64,000 nt of DNA from a candidate division FCPU426 bacterium. GTDB taxonomy: Bacteria; Oederibacteriota; Muellerivitia; Muellerivitales; Muellerivitaceae. Below, piece by piece: positions 1 through 11,213 of the stretch (the stretch's first letter is position 1; every line of letters begins with the position of its first letter). The notes below the pieces were generated by a model. It ran no database searches. It worked only from the letters and a program-made list of their open reading frames with translations, and was not told the DNA's origin. The DNA lies in NCBI GenBank assembly GCA_963738405.1, contig CAVTWJ010000023.1, positions 320,001-384,000 on the forward strand, read 5' to 3'. A program made the position numbers and the translations under genes.

Positions 1-308
1 GTAAGTTTTTTGTCTTTTTTAACGATAGGAATAAGGCAGTGGTTCAAAGCGATGGATTCGGGCACGGAAAATACGACGTCATTGGGAATTTCACCAATTT
101 CATTCAAACTGACATGGGGTATTCCTAACTGCGTACCAACAAAGGCCATAATGACGTCTTGAGTCACATAACCCTGGCTGATCAATATTTTTTCCAGCCT
201 GCCCCCTTTGATCTTTTGCTCATGCAGGGCTTCTTGAAGCTGTTCCTCGGAAATGATTCCCTCGTCGACCAACATTTCACCGAGGCGCTTTTTCATCGAT
301 TCAGGCAT
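1..308 (-). CDS. 5' part of a type IV pilus/T2SS assembly ATPase (PilB/GspE-like) with an N-terminal MshEN domain; runs off the window edge
   Basis: Missing from the ORF track. Manual translation from ATG 308 gives MPESMKKRLGEMLVDEGIISEEQLQEALHEQKIKGGRLEKILISQGYV..., matching the MshEN RLGxxLxxxGxIxxxQLxxAL motif. Confidence 0.8.
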   Translation of the reverse strand, partial: MPESMKKRLGEMLVDEGIISEEQLQEALHEQKIKGGRLEKILISQGYVTQDVIMAFVGTQLGIPHVSLNEIGEIPNDVVFSVPESIALNHCLIPIVKKDKKL

Positions 309-405
309 AGAAAACCTCGGAAATGAGAGAGTGCGGGAAGGCCCATATAATCGTCACAAGGAAAGTATAAATTCGAAAAAAAGTGAAGTCAACGATGGCG
401 CCCGG

Positions 406-1281
406 TCACTTGCTAGGAGCCAAGTGCTGGAGCAAAGCCCTTTGCATATGAAACAGAGGAGCGCTTAGCCCGCTCCAAAGCTCAAACGAAAGCGCTCCTT
501 GATGAAGCAACATACCCAAGCCATTTCGAGGGGATAGCTTGATACGCCTTGCTTCCTTCAAGAACTCCGTCTCCCGATGATAGATTAAATCGACGGCCAA
601 GGTTCCAGGCCGAGCCCCTTTGAGGGAAAGAGGGGAGGAATCACCTCTTTTGAGCCCCAAAGAAGTGGCCTGGACAATCCAATCACAATCCGGGAGGAGC
701 TTTTCTCCCTCCTTCAAACTGAGAATCCCAGTTTGAAGCCGTGGAAACCCTTTGCGCAAATCACGAAGCAGGTCCCCGGCCTTTCGAGCATTTCGGTTTG
801 AAATCATCAAATTCTTGACACCCGAACCCGCCAAAGCCTTTCCTACCGCCCGGGCGGCTCCGCCTGCTCCAATGATCATCCCGCGGCTTCCCCTTAACTT
901 CTTGCGCCAGCCTCCCAAAGATCTTAAAAACCCCTCACCATCGGTGGAGGCTCCGTGAAGCCGCCCCTGCTTCTTATAAACCGTATTGACCGAGTTCACC
1001 CCTAGGGCGGAGCGGTCCAACCTATCGAGATGAGGCAGCATTAGACTTTTCAAGGGCACTGTCACATTCGCGCCCTTCACATTTTCACAGCGAAGGGTTT
1101 CAACAACTTTGGGGAGGCGGGATGGATCAACCTCCAAGGGAACATAAACCCAAGGCAGGTTCCTTGCGCGAAAGGCCGCATTCTGAAAAATCGGCGAAAG
1201 CGAATGCTCCACCGGGTGTCCGAGGATCAAAACCAGCTGGGTTGATCCGGTAAGGGATAGATTCGAATTTTTCGATTTCAG
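406..1281 (-). CDS. aroE: Shikimate dehydrogenase
   Basis: GHPVEHSLSP, GANVTVPLK, NSVNT, TDGEGF, GAGGAARA, GLGMLLHQG motifs. The frame is open from an in-frame CTG at 1281 with AAGGAG upstream; the track starts at 1230. Confidence 0.92.
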   Translation of the reverse strand: MKSKNSNLSLTGSTQLVLILGHPVEHSLSPIFQNAAFRARNLPWVYVPLEVDPSRLPKVVETLRCENVKGANVTVPLKSLMLPHLDRLDRSALGVNSVNTVYKKQGRLHGASTDGEGFLRSLGGWRKKLRGSRGMIIGAGGAARAVGKALAGSGVKNLMISNRNARKAGDLLRDLRKGFPRLQTGILSLKEGEKLLPDCDWIVQATSLGLKRGDSSPLSLKGARPGTLAVDLIYHRETEFLKEARRIKLSPRNGLGMLLHQGALSFELWSGLSAPLFHMQRALLQHLAPSK

Positions 1282-2048
1282 CCGAGACTCCTTGTTTGGA
1301 AAATCCGTTCTCCCAGCTCGTACTGAATCATGGCTGTCGCAACCAGCCCAGCGGTTTCCGTTCGAAGAATCGGGGTTGGCAGATGCACGGGAAAGGCCCC
1401 TCGATCCCGGGCTTCTTGAACCTCTTCGGGGGCCCAGCCTCCTTCAGGTCCCACCAAGGTCAAAACCTTTTTGGCTGTCGGATGGGATTCTAACACCGTT
1501 CGAAGGGTGGGAGCTTCCTTTTCATAAGGCATCAACACCAGATCAAAAGTTTGAAAAAGGTCCAGGGTCTGGCGCCAATCGCGAATGGAATCCAATACCG
1601 GAACATCATTTCTTCCGCTTTGGCGGCAGGCTTCCACCACTATTTTTAACCACCTGTCCCGCTTGTGCTCAAATTGGGATGCCTCAGGTCTGGAAACGCT
1701 TCTTTGTGTCAACAAGGGGATAAACTGCTGAATCCCCAGTTCCGTCCCCTGCCGGAGAATCAAATCAAACTTAGCGGCCTTAGGCAAACTTTGTCCCAAG
1801 GCGATCTTCCACTGAGCGGTCCCCTTATTTTTTATCGCCGTCGACGTTTGCTTCACCCATGCAATCCGGTTTTCCACCTTAAAAATTTTCAACTGAAATA
1901 CGGTTTGTTCGGTGTCAAACCCAATTAAAGGAGCGCCCAGGTCCAATCTTAATACTTGGGAAAGATAACGAGAGGTAGGCTCGTCTAAAGCCATTTCTTC
2001 GGCTTTTCCGAACCCTTCGGGCAAAAATACCCTAGGAATGAAACTCAT
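1278..2048 (-). CDS. rsmE: 16S rRNA m3U1498 methyltransferase
   Basis: SPOUT-family motifs [22 protein letters not shown]; located downstream of dnaJ. Confidence 0.93.
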   Translation of the reverse strand: MSFIPRVFLPEGFGKAEEMALDEPTSRYLSQVLRLDLGAPLIGFDTEQTVFQLKIFKVENRIAWVKQTSTAIKNKGTAQWKIALGQSLPKAAKFDLILRQGTELGIQQFIPLLTQRSVSRPEASQFEHKRDRWLKIVVEACRQSGRNDVPVLDSIRDWRQTLDLFQTFDLVLMPYEKEAPTLRTVLESHPTAKKVLTLVGPEGGWAPEEVQEARDRGAFPVHLPTPILRTETAGLVATAMIQYELGERIFQTRSLG

Positions 2049-3220
2049 TTCTTTCGGGAAAAAAGGTTCTTCATTTTGGCCAGAAATTTGGCCATTTGAG
2101 GAGTGTTGCTTTCGGTCGTGGCCGCATTGAAATCCTCAAGAATTTTCTTTTGTTTGGGGCTTAAGTCGGTGGGTGTTTCAACCGTAATTACAACCATCAG
2201 GTCTCCCACTTCACTGGTGTTGGGAGTCCGGAGGCCCTTTTCCCGAAGCCGGAAAATCTTTCCCGATTGGGTTCCTGCGGGCACCTTCATGTTGACCGGT
2301 TCTTCCAAGGTAGGTACTTCAATTTCGGCACCCAAGGCCGCTTGGACAAAGCTGATCGGAATGGTGCAATGTAAATCCGAGCCGTCTCTTTCGAAAAATT
2401 CATGGTCTTGAACATGAAGAAAGATATAGAGATCGCCCGAGGGACCCCCATTGAGTCCAGCTTCCCCCTCGCCTTTGAGCCTCAGTCGGGAACCTTCGTC
2501 CACGCCGGCAGGTACCTTCACCGAAACGGTTCTTTCTTTTTCAACCCTTCCCTGTCCATGACATGTGGGACAGGGGCTTCCAGGCATTTCTCCCTGACCC
2601 CCGCAACGAGGGCAGGTCCGGGCAATGGTAAAAAACCCCTGCGACTGTCTTACCTGCCCCACCCCTTTACATTGGGAACATACCACCCGGCCCGAACCTG
2701 CCTTAGCACCGGACCCATGGCAAGTCTCGCACGTGGCCAGTTTTCGAATTCTGACTTCTTTGGAAATTCCAAATGCCGCTTCCTCGAAAGTAAGGGTTAA
2801 GTCGTGGCGAAGATCGTCCCCTTCCTGAGCTTGGGTTCTCGGCCTTCCCCCCCGCCCTTCGGCTCCAAAGAAATTAGAAAAAACATCGCCGAAAATGTCC
2901 TCAAAATCGGCGGCGCCGTTAAAATCTTGGGGCCGGAACCCACCGCCCCCATATCCCCCTCCCGTTGAGGACCCGCCCATACCGACCCCGGCATGGCCAA
3001 ACTGATCATAGGCAGCCTTTTTCTGGGGGTCCGAGAGAACCTCATAAGCCTCGTTGATCTCTTTAAACTTCTCTTCCGCATCTTTGTTATTTGGATTGGC
3101 GTCGGGGTGGTATTTCTTGGCCATAGTCCGATAGGCCTTCTTCAAATCATCGGCGCCAGCGCCTTTGGTAACCCCCAAAAGCTCGTAATAGTCTTTTTTC
3201 GAAGCCATATTTTCCTTCAT
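2045..3220 (-). CDS. dnaJ: Chaperone DnaJ
   Basis: J domain with HPD, G/F-rich region, four CxxCxGxG repeats. Start may be ATG 3208. Confidence 0.97.
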   Translation of the reverse strand: MKENMASKKDYYELLGVTKGAGADDLKKAYRTMAKKYHPDANPNNKDAEEKFKEINEAYEVLSDPQKKAAYDQFGHAGVGMGGSSTGGGYGGGGFRPQDFNGAADFEDIFGDVFSNFFGAEGRGGRPRTQAQEGDDLRHDLTLTFEEAAFGISKEVRIRKLATCETCHGSGAKAGSGRVVCSQCKGVGQVRQSQGFFTIARTCPRCGGQGEMPGSPCPTCHGQGRVEKERTVSVKVPAGVDEGSRLRLKGEGEAGLNGGPSGDLYIFLHVQDHEFFERDGSDLHCTIPISFVQAALGAEIEVPTLEEPVNMKVPAGTQSGKIFRLREKGLRTPNTSEVGDLMVVITVETPTDLSPKQKKILEDFNAATTESNTPQMAKFLAKMKNLFSRKK

Positions 3221-3537
3221 GGTAATTCCTAACCCCTTTTAACGTTCGCTCAATGCGCAGGGAGTAGGCACCCCCGTTCCAAGTAAATCTAGGAAGTTCG
3301 AACGCTCTCGACAAGAATCTTAAGGTCGGGTTTAGAACCAACAAGCTAGCATCTCGTCTAATGGGCGTAAAGCCGTTATTCCCTGGAAAAAAAGCGAATT
3401 TGGTCTTGCGGTCAAAAGGGCCGTTACCCTAAACTAACCCGGCTTCGATACCCCTCTTACCCCCTCCGGGAAAGGAAGGGTGCCGGTTGGTATCAATCCT
3501 CTCCCCGATGAGAGTCCACTTAAAGAAGGAGGAAGTC

Positions 3538-3855
3538 ATGCCTTATGTCATTACCGAGAAGTGCCTAGGCGAAGTTTACGCCCAATGCGTGGACGTTTGC
3601 CCCGTGAATTGCATCCATCCGGGAGATTATAAAGGACAGCCCTTTATGATTATCAATCCCGAGGAATGTACCGAATGCACCAGCTGTTATTCGGCCTGCC
3701 CGATTGGCGCCATTGTAGAAGGTGTAGACAAGGATCCCGAGTACGGCAAGATCAACGCCGAATTGGCACCCTCGTTCAAAAACAACCCGGCCGTCCCAAC
3801 CCGCCCGGCCAACGATCCCCCGAAGCGCCCGGATGTGAACAAACTGGTCAACTAA
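3538..3855 (+). CDS. Dicluster ferredoxin (7Fe FdxA-like)
   Basis: MPYVITEKC...CVDVCPVNC and CTECTSCYSACP; AGGAGG RBS before ATG 3538. Confidence 0.9.
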   Translation: MPYVITEKCLGEVYAQCVDVCPVNCIHPGDYKGQPFMIINPEECTECTSCYSACPIGAIVEGVDKDPEYGKINAELAPSFKNNPAVPTRPANDPPKRPDVNKLVN

Positions 3856-3867
3856 GCCTCAAGAAGC

Positions 3868-3904
3868 AAAAAGGCCGCTCCCTTTTGGGAAGCGGCCTTT
3901 TTTT
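3868..3904. terminator. Bidirectional rho-independent terminator between the ferredoxin gene and thiC
   Basis: AAAAAGGCCGCTCCC-TTTT-GGGAAGCGGCCTTTTTTT hairpin flanked by A and T tracts, between convergent genes. Confidence 0.85.
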
Positions 3905-3951
3905 ATTTCCTCAATTATTTTTCACTACCTTCAGACTTACAAGTTCCAAAA

Positions 3952-5832
<1,881 letters not shown>

Positions 5833-5889
5833 TCAGACTGAATTTCAAGAATAACCAGGGCGAACCGGAAAAGCAACGTAACGGCGCCT

Positions 5890-6309
5890 TTACGAGAGGG
5901 ACTCTTCAATCTGGTAGCATTCGTACCGGATTTTTTTAAAGCTTCGAAAGGCGGGATCGTTTAACAGCTTGGAAAATTCTTCCAGGGATCTCAAAGCTTC
6001 CTGGGCTCTTTTCAAATTGGCGGTCATGAGATCTCGGGGATTGGATCTATTCTTTTCGGATTTTTCCACCGTTCGGCGCCCCAAATCCTTCGCCACATCC
6101 CGGTGAAGGGTTCTAAAGGAGTGGGTCTTGAACAGCTTTTGCTCCGTCCGGCTGACCGAATGGCGGAGTTTTTTGAGCCGGTTGAGAAGAACCAAATCGT
6201 TCAGGATGAATCGGGCCGCGTCTTCAGCCACTCGAAAACCCTCCCGGGCCCGGTTACAGTTGGCGTCCAGGGCTCTCAGGACCGCTTTTTTTTCAGCCTG
6301 GGAGATCAC
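5890..6309 (-). CDS. Stand-alone ThiD2-like helical protein (homologous to the N-terminal extension of cyanobacterial-type ThiE)
   Basis: LDANCNRAREGFRVAED and ANLKRAQEALRSLEEFSK duplicated motif; adjacent to thiC. Confidence 0.8.
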   Translation of the reverse strand: MISQAEKKAVLRALDANCNRAREGFRVAEDAARFILNDLVLLNRLKKLRHSVSRTEQKLFKTHSFRTLHRDVAKDLGRRTVEKSEKNRSNPRDLMTANLKRAQEALRSLEEFSKLLNDPAFRSFKKIRYECYQIEESLS

Positions 6310-6333
6310 GAAGGCCCTTTCAAAAGCACCGGG

Positions 6334-7419
6334 TTATTTTTTCTTGGCCGCCGTCTTCACCGCCACGGTTGCGGGCGGCACGGAGAAGACCGGGGAGGCG
6401 ATGGTTTTCTTGCTGAACATGGGAGCAGGTTTGCCCGCCGCCTTTTTGGGTTTTCCGGCAGGTTTCACTACGGGACCCGGAGTTTTACCATCGGCCTTTT
6501 TTCCGGCGGCCATCTCCTTCTTTTTGGCGTCGGCTTTTTTATCCTCTACGGGGGCGCCCTTCTTGGCTGCGGCCTTTTCCATCCCGGGAACGGGATGTTC
6601 AGGATTCTTCGGGAACAGGGGCACCGTTACCTTGATGGATTTTCCCTTTTGAGGCGCGCTGGAGGGCCTGGGCTTACCGTCCGAATCAAGAGTCTTCTTA
6701 GGCTTGGGTGTATCTTCTTTTAAGAAGAGTTGATCCTTCAGGTAAGGCACGGACGAAATACGGTTGACCTTGGCCGAGTAATCCAAATCCTTGGCATATC
6801 CCTTTTTGATCAACTCTTTTCCATCGGGTGATTCCCGGAGCAGGTCGACAATTCGCCCCTGCCAGGGTTTGTAAAGGGCGATGGCGTCCTTGGCACTCTC
6901 GGCCAGTACGATGGGAGTGGACCCAAGGGTGCTTTGAAGGAAATCCACCAGCATTCCTGCGAAGGCCGAATCTTCCGGGTTTCCCGCGCAGACAATCACC
7001 ACGTCCCGATTGCCCCTCAGGCAGGAATCATAAACATCGTTCAAATTGACGAAAGAACCGAGTATGACGTACTTGGCCCCGGCGGGAACCCGCAAGGGGC
7101 TTTGGGTGGAAAAACAAACAAGACGGTCCTTGACCTTCTCGCGGCTGGATTCCAGCGGGGACCCTCCCAGGTGAAACCCCGGGATTTTTTCCCATTCTCT
7201 TTCGCCTGCCAAAAAGCCCTCGCCGCGTTTGAGCTTCTCGAATTGTTTCTTGGCCGATCCCGGTTCGTGGCACAAAGCCACGCCGGAGGCTCCATGATAA
7301 AGAAATATCGGAATGGTCGTAGTGGCTCTCAAAACATCCACTAATACCACCGTGGCGTTTTGAACCACCGAGGACTTCACGGCTTTCGCGTCAAAATAAA
7401 CGGTAATCTTCACGGGCAC
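6334..7419 (-). CDS. 2-phosphosulfolactate phosphatase (ComB-like) with a long Lys/Ala/Pro-rich C-terminal tail
   Basis: VDVLRATTT, LAGER, VVIVCAG, EDSAFAG motifs. Likely GTG start at 7419 or 7413 rather than the track's 7500. Confidence 0.75.
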   Translation of the reverse strand: MPVKITVYFDAKAVKSSVVQNATVVLVDVLRATTTIPIFLYHGASGVALCHEPGSAKKQFEKLKRGEGFLAGEREWEKIPGFHLGGSPLESSREKVKDRLVCFSTQSPLRVPAGAKYVILGSFVNLNDVYDSCLRGNRDVVIVCAGNPEDSAFAGMLVDFLQSTLGSTPIVLAESAKDAIALYKPWQGRIVDLLRESPDGKELIKKGYAKDLDYSAKVNRISSVPYLKDQLFLKEDTPKPKKTLDSDGKPRPSSAPQKGKSIKVTVPLFPKNPEHPVPGMEKAAAKKGAPVEDKKADAKKKEMAAGKKADGKTPGPVVKPAGKPKKAAGKPAPMFSKKTIASPVFSVPPATVAVKTAAKKK

Positions 7420-7453
7420 TCTCCCATTTCGCTCTAGGTCCAGATCTTCGGCC

Positions 7454-8821
7454 TTACTTCTTTTCTTTTTCCTCGGTCTTTTTCTTGAGGAAATTTTCAA
7501 CGAAGCGGGTGGAGTAATTCCCCCGCTTGAAGGATTCGCTTTCCAATATGGTTTTCAAAAAACTCGTGGTGGTGTGGATGCCGTCCACCACCAGTTCATC
7601 CAAGGCCCTGATCATCCGCGTAATGGCTTCCGCACGGTTCGGGGCGTGTACGATAATCTTGGCCAGTAGCGAATCGTAATAGGGCGGCACCCGATAACCT
7701 TGGTAAAGGTGGGTATCCACCCTCACGCCAGGTCCCCCGGGTACGTGGTAGGTCGTAATGAGCCCGGGCGATGGGCGGAAACCGTCGGCCGGGTTTTCGG
7801 CGTTGATCCGACACTCGATCGCGTGGCCCCGGGGTTCCAGGATATCTTTCACAATCGAAAGGCGTTCTCCGGCGGCGACCCTGATCTGTTCCTTGATGAT
7901 ATCGACGCCCATGATGAGCTCGGTAACCGGATGCTCCACCTGGACGCGAGTGTTCATTTCCATGAAATAAAAATCGCCTTCTTTATCCATAAGAAACTCA
8001 ATAGTTCCCGCAGAGGTGTATTTGACCTGCTTTGCCAATTTAAGGGCGTATTTGCCTATTTTCTTGCGTTGTTTGGCGTTGAGAAGCGGCGAGGGAGCTT
8101 CTTCGATCAGCTTTTGGTGGGACCTCTGAATGGTGCAATCCCTCTCGCCCAAATGAACAATATGTCCGAATTCATCCCCCAATATTTGGACTTCAATGTG
8201 CCGAGGTTCCTCAATGAATTTTTCTATATAAACTTCCGGATTGCCGAAAGCCGCCTCGGCTTCGGTGCGTGCGGTTTGAAAAGCCTGAGTCAGGGAAAGA
8301 TCGGTATGGGCCACCCTCATGCCCTTGCCGCCGCCGCCGGCGGAAGCTTTGATGATGACGGGGTACTTCACTAAGCGAGCCACTTCGAGAGCCCTTTTTT
8401 CATCCTTCACCGGGCCATCGCTTCCGGGGGTGGTAGGTACGCCCGCCTTCTTGGCGGTCTCGATGGCCATGACTTTATCGCCCATCATGCGCATCACTTC
8501 GGGCTTGGGGCCGATGAACTTGATCTGGCAACTGGAACACACTTCGGCGAAGTGCGGATTCTCGGCCAGGAACCCATATCCCGGGTGGATGGCCTCGGCG
8601 TCAGTGATCTCGGCCGCGCTGATGATGGCCGGGATATTGAGATAGCTTTCTTTACTCGGTCCCCGCCCGATACAAACGCTCTCGTCCGCCAGATGCACAT
8701 GAAGAGAGTCGGCGTCGGCCTGTGAATGGACAGAGACGGTTTTGATGCCCAATTCTTTGCAGGCGCGGATGATTCGGATGGCGATTTCCCCGCGGTTAGC
8801 TATGAGAATCTTGTTGAACAT
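7454..8821 (-). CDS. accC: Acetyl-CoA carboxylase biotin carboxylase
   Basis: [39 protein letters not shown]. Confidence 0.97.
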   Translation of the reverse strand: MFNKILIANRGEIAIRIIRACKELGIKTVSVHSQADADSLHVHLADESVCIGRGPSKESYLNIPAIISAAEITDAEAIHPGYGFLAENPHFAEVCSSCQIKFIGPKPEVMRMMGDKVMAIETAKKAGVPTTPGSDGPVKDEKRALEVARLVKYPVIIKASAGGGGKGMRVAHTDLSLTQAFQTARTEAEAAFGNPEVYIEKFIEEPRHIEVQILGDEFGHIVHLGERDCTIQRSHQKLIEEAPSPLLNAKQRKKIGKYALKLAKQVKYTSAGTIEFLMDKEGDFYFMEMNTRVQVEHPVTELIMGVDIIKEQIRVAAGERLSIVKDILEPRGHAIECRINAENPADGFRPSPGLITTYHVPGGPGVRVDTHLYQGYRVPPYYDSLLAKIIVHAPNRAEAITRMIRALDELVVDGIHTTTSFLKTILESESFKRGNYSTRFVENFLKKKTEEKEKK

Positions 8822-8891
8822 GTTTTCCTTTTTCAAACAGCCGTTCAGCGGCCGCGGTTACCGCGCCGCCGGTTTTATGAGAGGCCCGTAA

Positions 8892-9443
8892 TTAACTGGG
8901 ATCGACGATCAGGAGGGGCTGGTTAAACTCGACGGCCTGGCCGTTTTGCACCAGGATCTTCACCACTTTGCCGGCCACTTCGGCCTTGACCTCGTTCATC
9001 AGCTTCATGGCCTCAATGATACAATAGACCTGGCCCACGACGATCTTGTCGCCTTCTTCCATAAAAGGCTTAGCATCAGGCGATGGTGAGCGGTAAAAGG
9101 TCCCGACCATGGGGGAAGCGAAGGTCACGGTCTTGTCGTTAGAGGTAGGTGCGGGAGAAGGCGCCGAGGAAGCGGCCGGGGCCGCCGACATGGGTGCAGC
9201 CGAAGTGGAAATCACAACGGGCGCCGCCGCGTCAAAGGGCATGCCCGGCCCCTTGCGCAGGTGAATCTTGGTTCCAGCTTGCTCGAATAAAAGTTCGTTG
9301 ATTTGGGACTCGTCCATCAGGGCGATTACCTCCTGAACGATGGCAAGTTTGGGGCTTACTTTGACCTTCTTGGGGGAAGCGGTTTGGCCTTTTTTCTTCT
9401 TCTCAGGCCTAGAACCTTCCAACTTCTCCGGATTCGTGGACAT
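8892..9443 (-). CDS. accB: Biotin carboxyl carrier protein
   Basis: SPMVGTFY and EAMKLMNE biotinylation motif; Ala/Pro linker. Confidence 0.96.
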   Translation of the reverse strand: MSTNPEKLEGSRPEKKKKGQTASPKKVKVSPKLAIVQEVIALMDESQINELLFEQAGTKIHLRKGPGMPFDAAAPVVISTSAAPMSAAPAASSAPSPAPTSNDKTVTFASPMVGTFYRSPSPDAKPFMEEGDKIVVGQVYCIIEAMKLMNEVKAEVAGKVVKILVQNGQAVEFNQPLLIVDPS

Positions 9444-9496
9444 CGGTCTTTTCTCCTTTTCTCAAACGGCTGTGAAACTCTGCCAGTAGGGTGAGA

Positions 9497-10054
9497 CTAG
9501 ACTCGCTCCAGGTATTCCCCGGTACGGGTATCAATTTTGATCATGTCCCCTTCTTTAACAAAAAGGGGAACCTGAACCGTGGCTCCGGATTCCAGGGTGG
9601 CCGGCTTGCTGGCACCCGAAACCCGATCGCCCTTGATCCCAGGCTCGGAGGAAACGATTTTCAGATTTACGGTAATGGGAAGCTTTACGGAAATGGGCCG
9701 GTCCTTGTAAAACAACACCTCAATCGCCATTTCATCCTTCAGCCATTGGTGACCCTCCCCGACCTCTTCTTCGGTCAGTTCGAGTTGTTCGTAGGTTTCG
9801 GTATCCATAAAGACAAACTTTTCGCCTTGTTTATACAGGTATTGCATCTCTTTTTCTTCAACAGGGGGATCGGCCACCTTTTCCCAGCTGTCCAGGGTCT
9901 TGTCGGTAACGGTGCCTAACTCCACGTTCTTTAGTTTAAGCCTGACAAATCCACCGCCCTTACCGGGTTTCACGTGTTGGAAAGTAACAACCCTGAATAG
10001 AGTTCCATCAAACTCACAAAGGGCACCGGCGCGAAGCTCCATCACGGTATTCAT
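9497..10054 (-). CDS. efp: Elongation factor P
   Basis: KPGKGG loop, KPATLESG, VPLFVKEGD, DTRTGEYLERV. Confidence 0.97.
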   Translation of the reverse strand: MNTVMELRAGALCEFDGTLFRVVTFQHVKPGKGGGFVRLKLKNVELGTVTDKTLDSWEKVADPPVEEKEMQYLYKQGEKFVFMDTETYEQLELTEEEVGEGHQWLKDEMAIEVLFYKDRPISVKLPITVNLKIVSSEPGIKGDRVSGASKPATLESGATVQVPLFVKEGDMIKIDTRTGEYLERV

Positions 10055-10246
10055 TACTGCTCCTTAAAGAGGTGGGGTTGAAAGTAACAAAAACCCTTAT
10101 TTTTGAGGGTCTGTTTGCGAAATCCCTTATTTTTCAATAGTTTTTGCCAAAAAGGAGCGTCATTGTAACGGAAAGCCCCCCCAAGGTCAAACTTGAGGTG
10201 GTCTTTCCCTACTGAGCCATAGCAAATTAAGGCGGGATTTAAAAAA

Positions 10247-10654
10247 CTAGCGGTTTTTCTTGGACCTTCTCGCCTTTTCGATAAAGACTTCCTTGGCGGC
10301 ATACATGGCGTTCATGGCGGCTGGGAAACCGGCATAGACGGCCATCTGAAGGATCACTTCCACAATTTCCTGTTGGGTACACCCCACGTTCAGGGCCCCT
10401 TTGATATGAGACTTGAGCTGGAGGGGGGCATTCCCCAGGGTGACCAGGGAGGCAACGGTCAGCATTTGACGAGTCTTAAGGTCCAACCCCGGCCGGGAAT
10501 AGATTTCCCCAAAGGCGAACTCGGTCACGAACCGGCCCAGTTCCGGGGATACGTCTTTCAGGCTCTCCAGGGTGGCCTTGGCCACCGGCCCATGTATTTC
10601 CTCGAATTTCTTCCATCCTTTTTCAAAACGATCATTTTTCATCCTATTCTCCAT
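10247..10654 (-). CDS. Carboxymuconolactone decarboxylase family protein
   Basis: FAFGEIYSRPGLDLKTR, HIKGALNVG, YAGFPAA. Confidence 0.88.
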   Translation of the reverse strand: MENRMKNDRFEKGWKKFEEIHGPVAKATLESLKDVSPELGRFVTEFAFGEIYSRPGLDLKTRQMLTVASLVTLGNAPLQLKSHIKGALNVGCTQQEIVEVILQMAVYAGFPAAMNAMYAAKEVFIEKARRSKKNR

Positions 10655-10679
10655 GCGTAACCTTCAATAATTAAGTCGA

Positions 10680-11213
10680 CTAGTTCCAATGGGGATGGGC
10701 TTCCTCAAATTTTTTCTTGTTTGTATCCCAATCGACAAGAATGGAATCCGCTCCACCGCCCCGAGAGCTATCACAATAATCGAAAGAAAACCCAGCATGA
10801 GAAGAAGAGGAATATTTTCGGTTTGGATAATAAACTTTCCAGCCGAAATATGGATAGTGAAACGACGTGACATCTACAATAATCTTTCGGTCTCCATTTA
10901 AAATTTTCATTTTTTCAAAATAAATGTAGGGTTTTATTTTCCCATCCTTAACTTCTACCCCTAGTCCTTTGTCTAATATTTGGTTTTCAGAATTAACTAA
11001 ATGAACCGCAATTAATAACTTTCGATCTCCCAAATCCAACTTTTCCTCAAAGACAGAATAATCATTAGAGCCAAAATAGTTTCTTAAATAGTCCGATAAG
11101 ATTTTAGGTGGCTTTGATCTATCGAGTATATGGAGATGGGGGCCATTCGCTATCACTGGTTGAATGTGCATTAACATCAAGCATATAAACAGAGCTATAA
11201 TTTTTTCATTCAT
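10680..11213 (-). CDS. Hypothetical exported protein, AT-rich
   Basis: 177-aa ORF with a signal-peptide-like N-terminus; start overlaps the asnB stop. Confidence 0.6.
   Translation of the reverse strand: MNEKIIALFICLMLMHIQPVIANGPHLHILDRSKPPKILSDYLRNYFGSNDYSVFEEKLDLGDRKLLIAVHLVNSENQILDKGLGVEVKDGKIKPYIYFEKMKILNGDRKIIVDVTSFHYPYFGWKVYYPNRKYSSSSHAGFSFDYCDSSRGGGADSILVDWDTNKKKFEEAHPHWN

Noticed and set aside
3221..3537. CIRCE element or structured RNA between dnaJ and the ferredoxin gene
   Set aside because: No TTAGCACTC-N9-GAGTGCTAA is present; only weak pairing (GATACC/GGTATC) that I cannot assign to a family.
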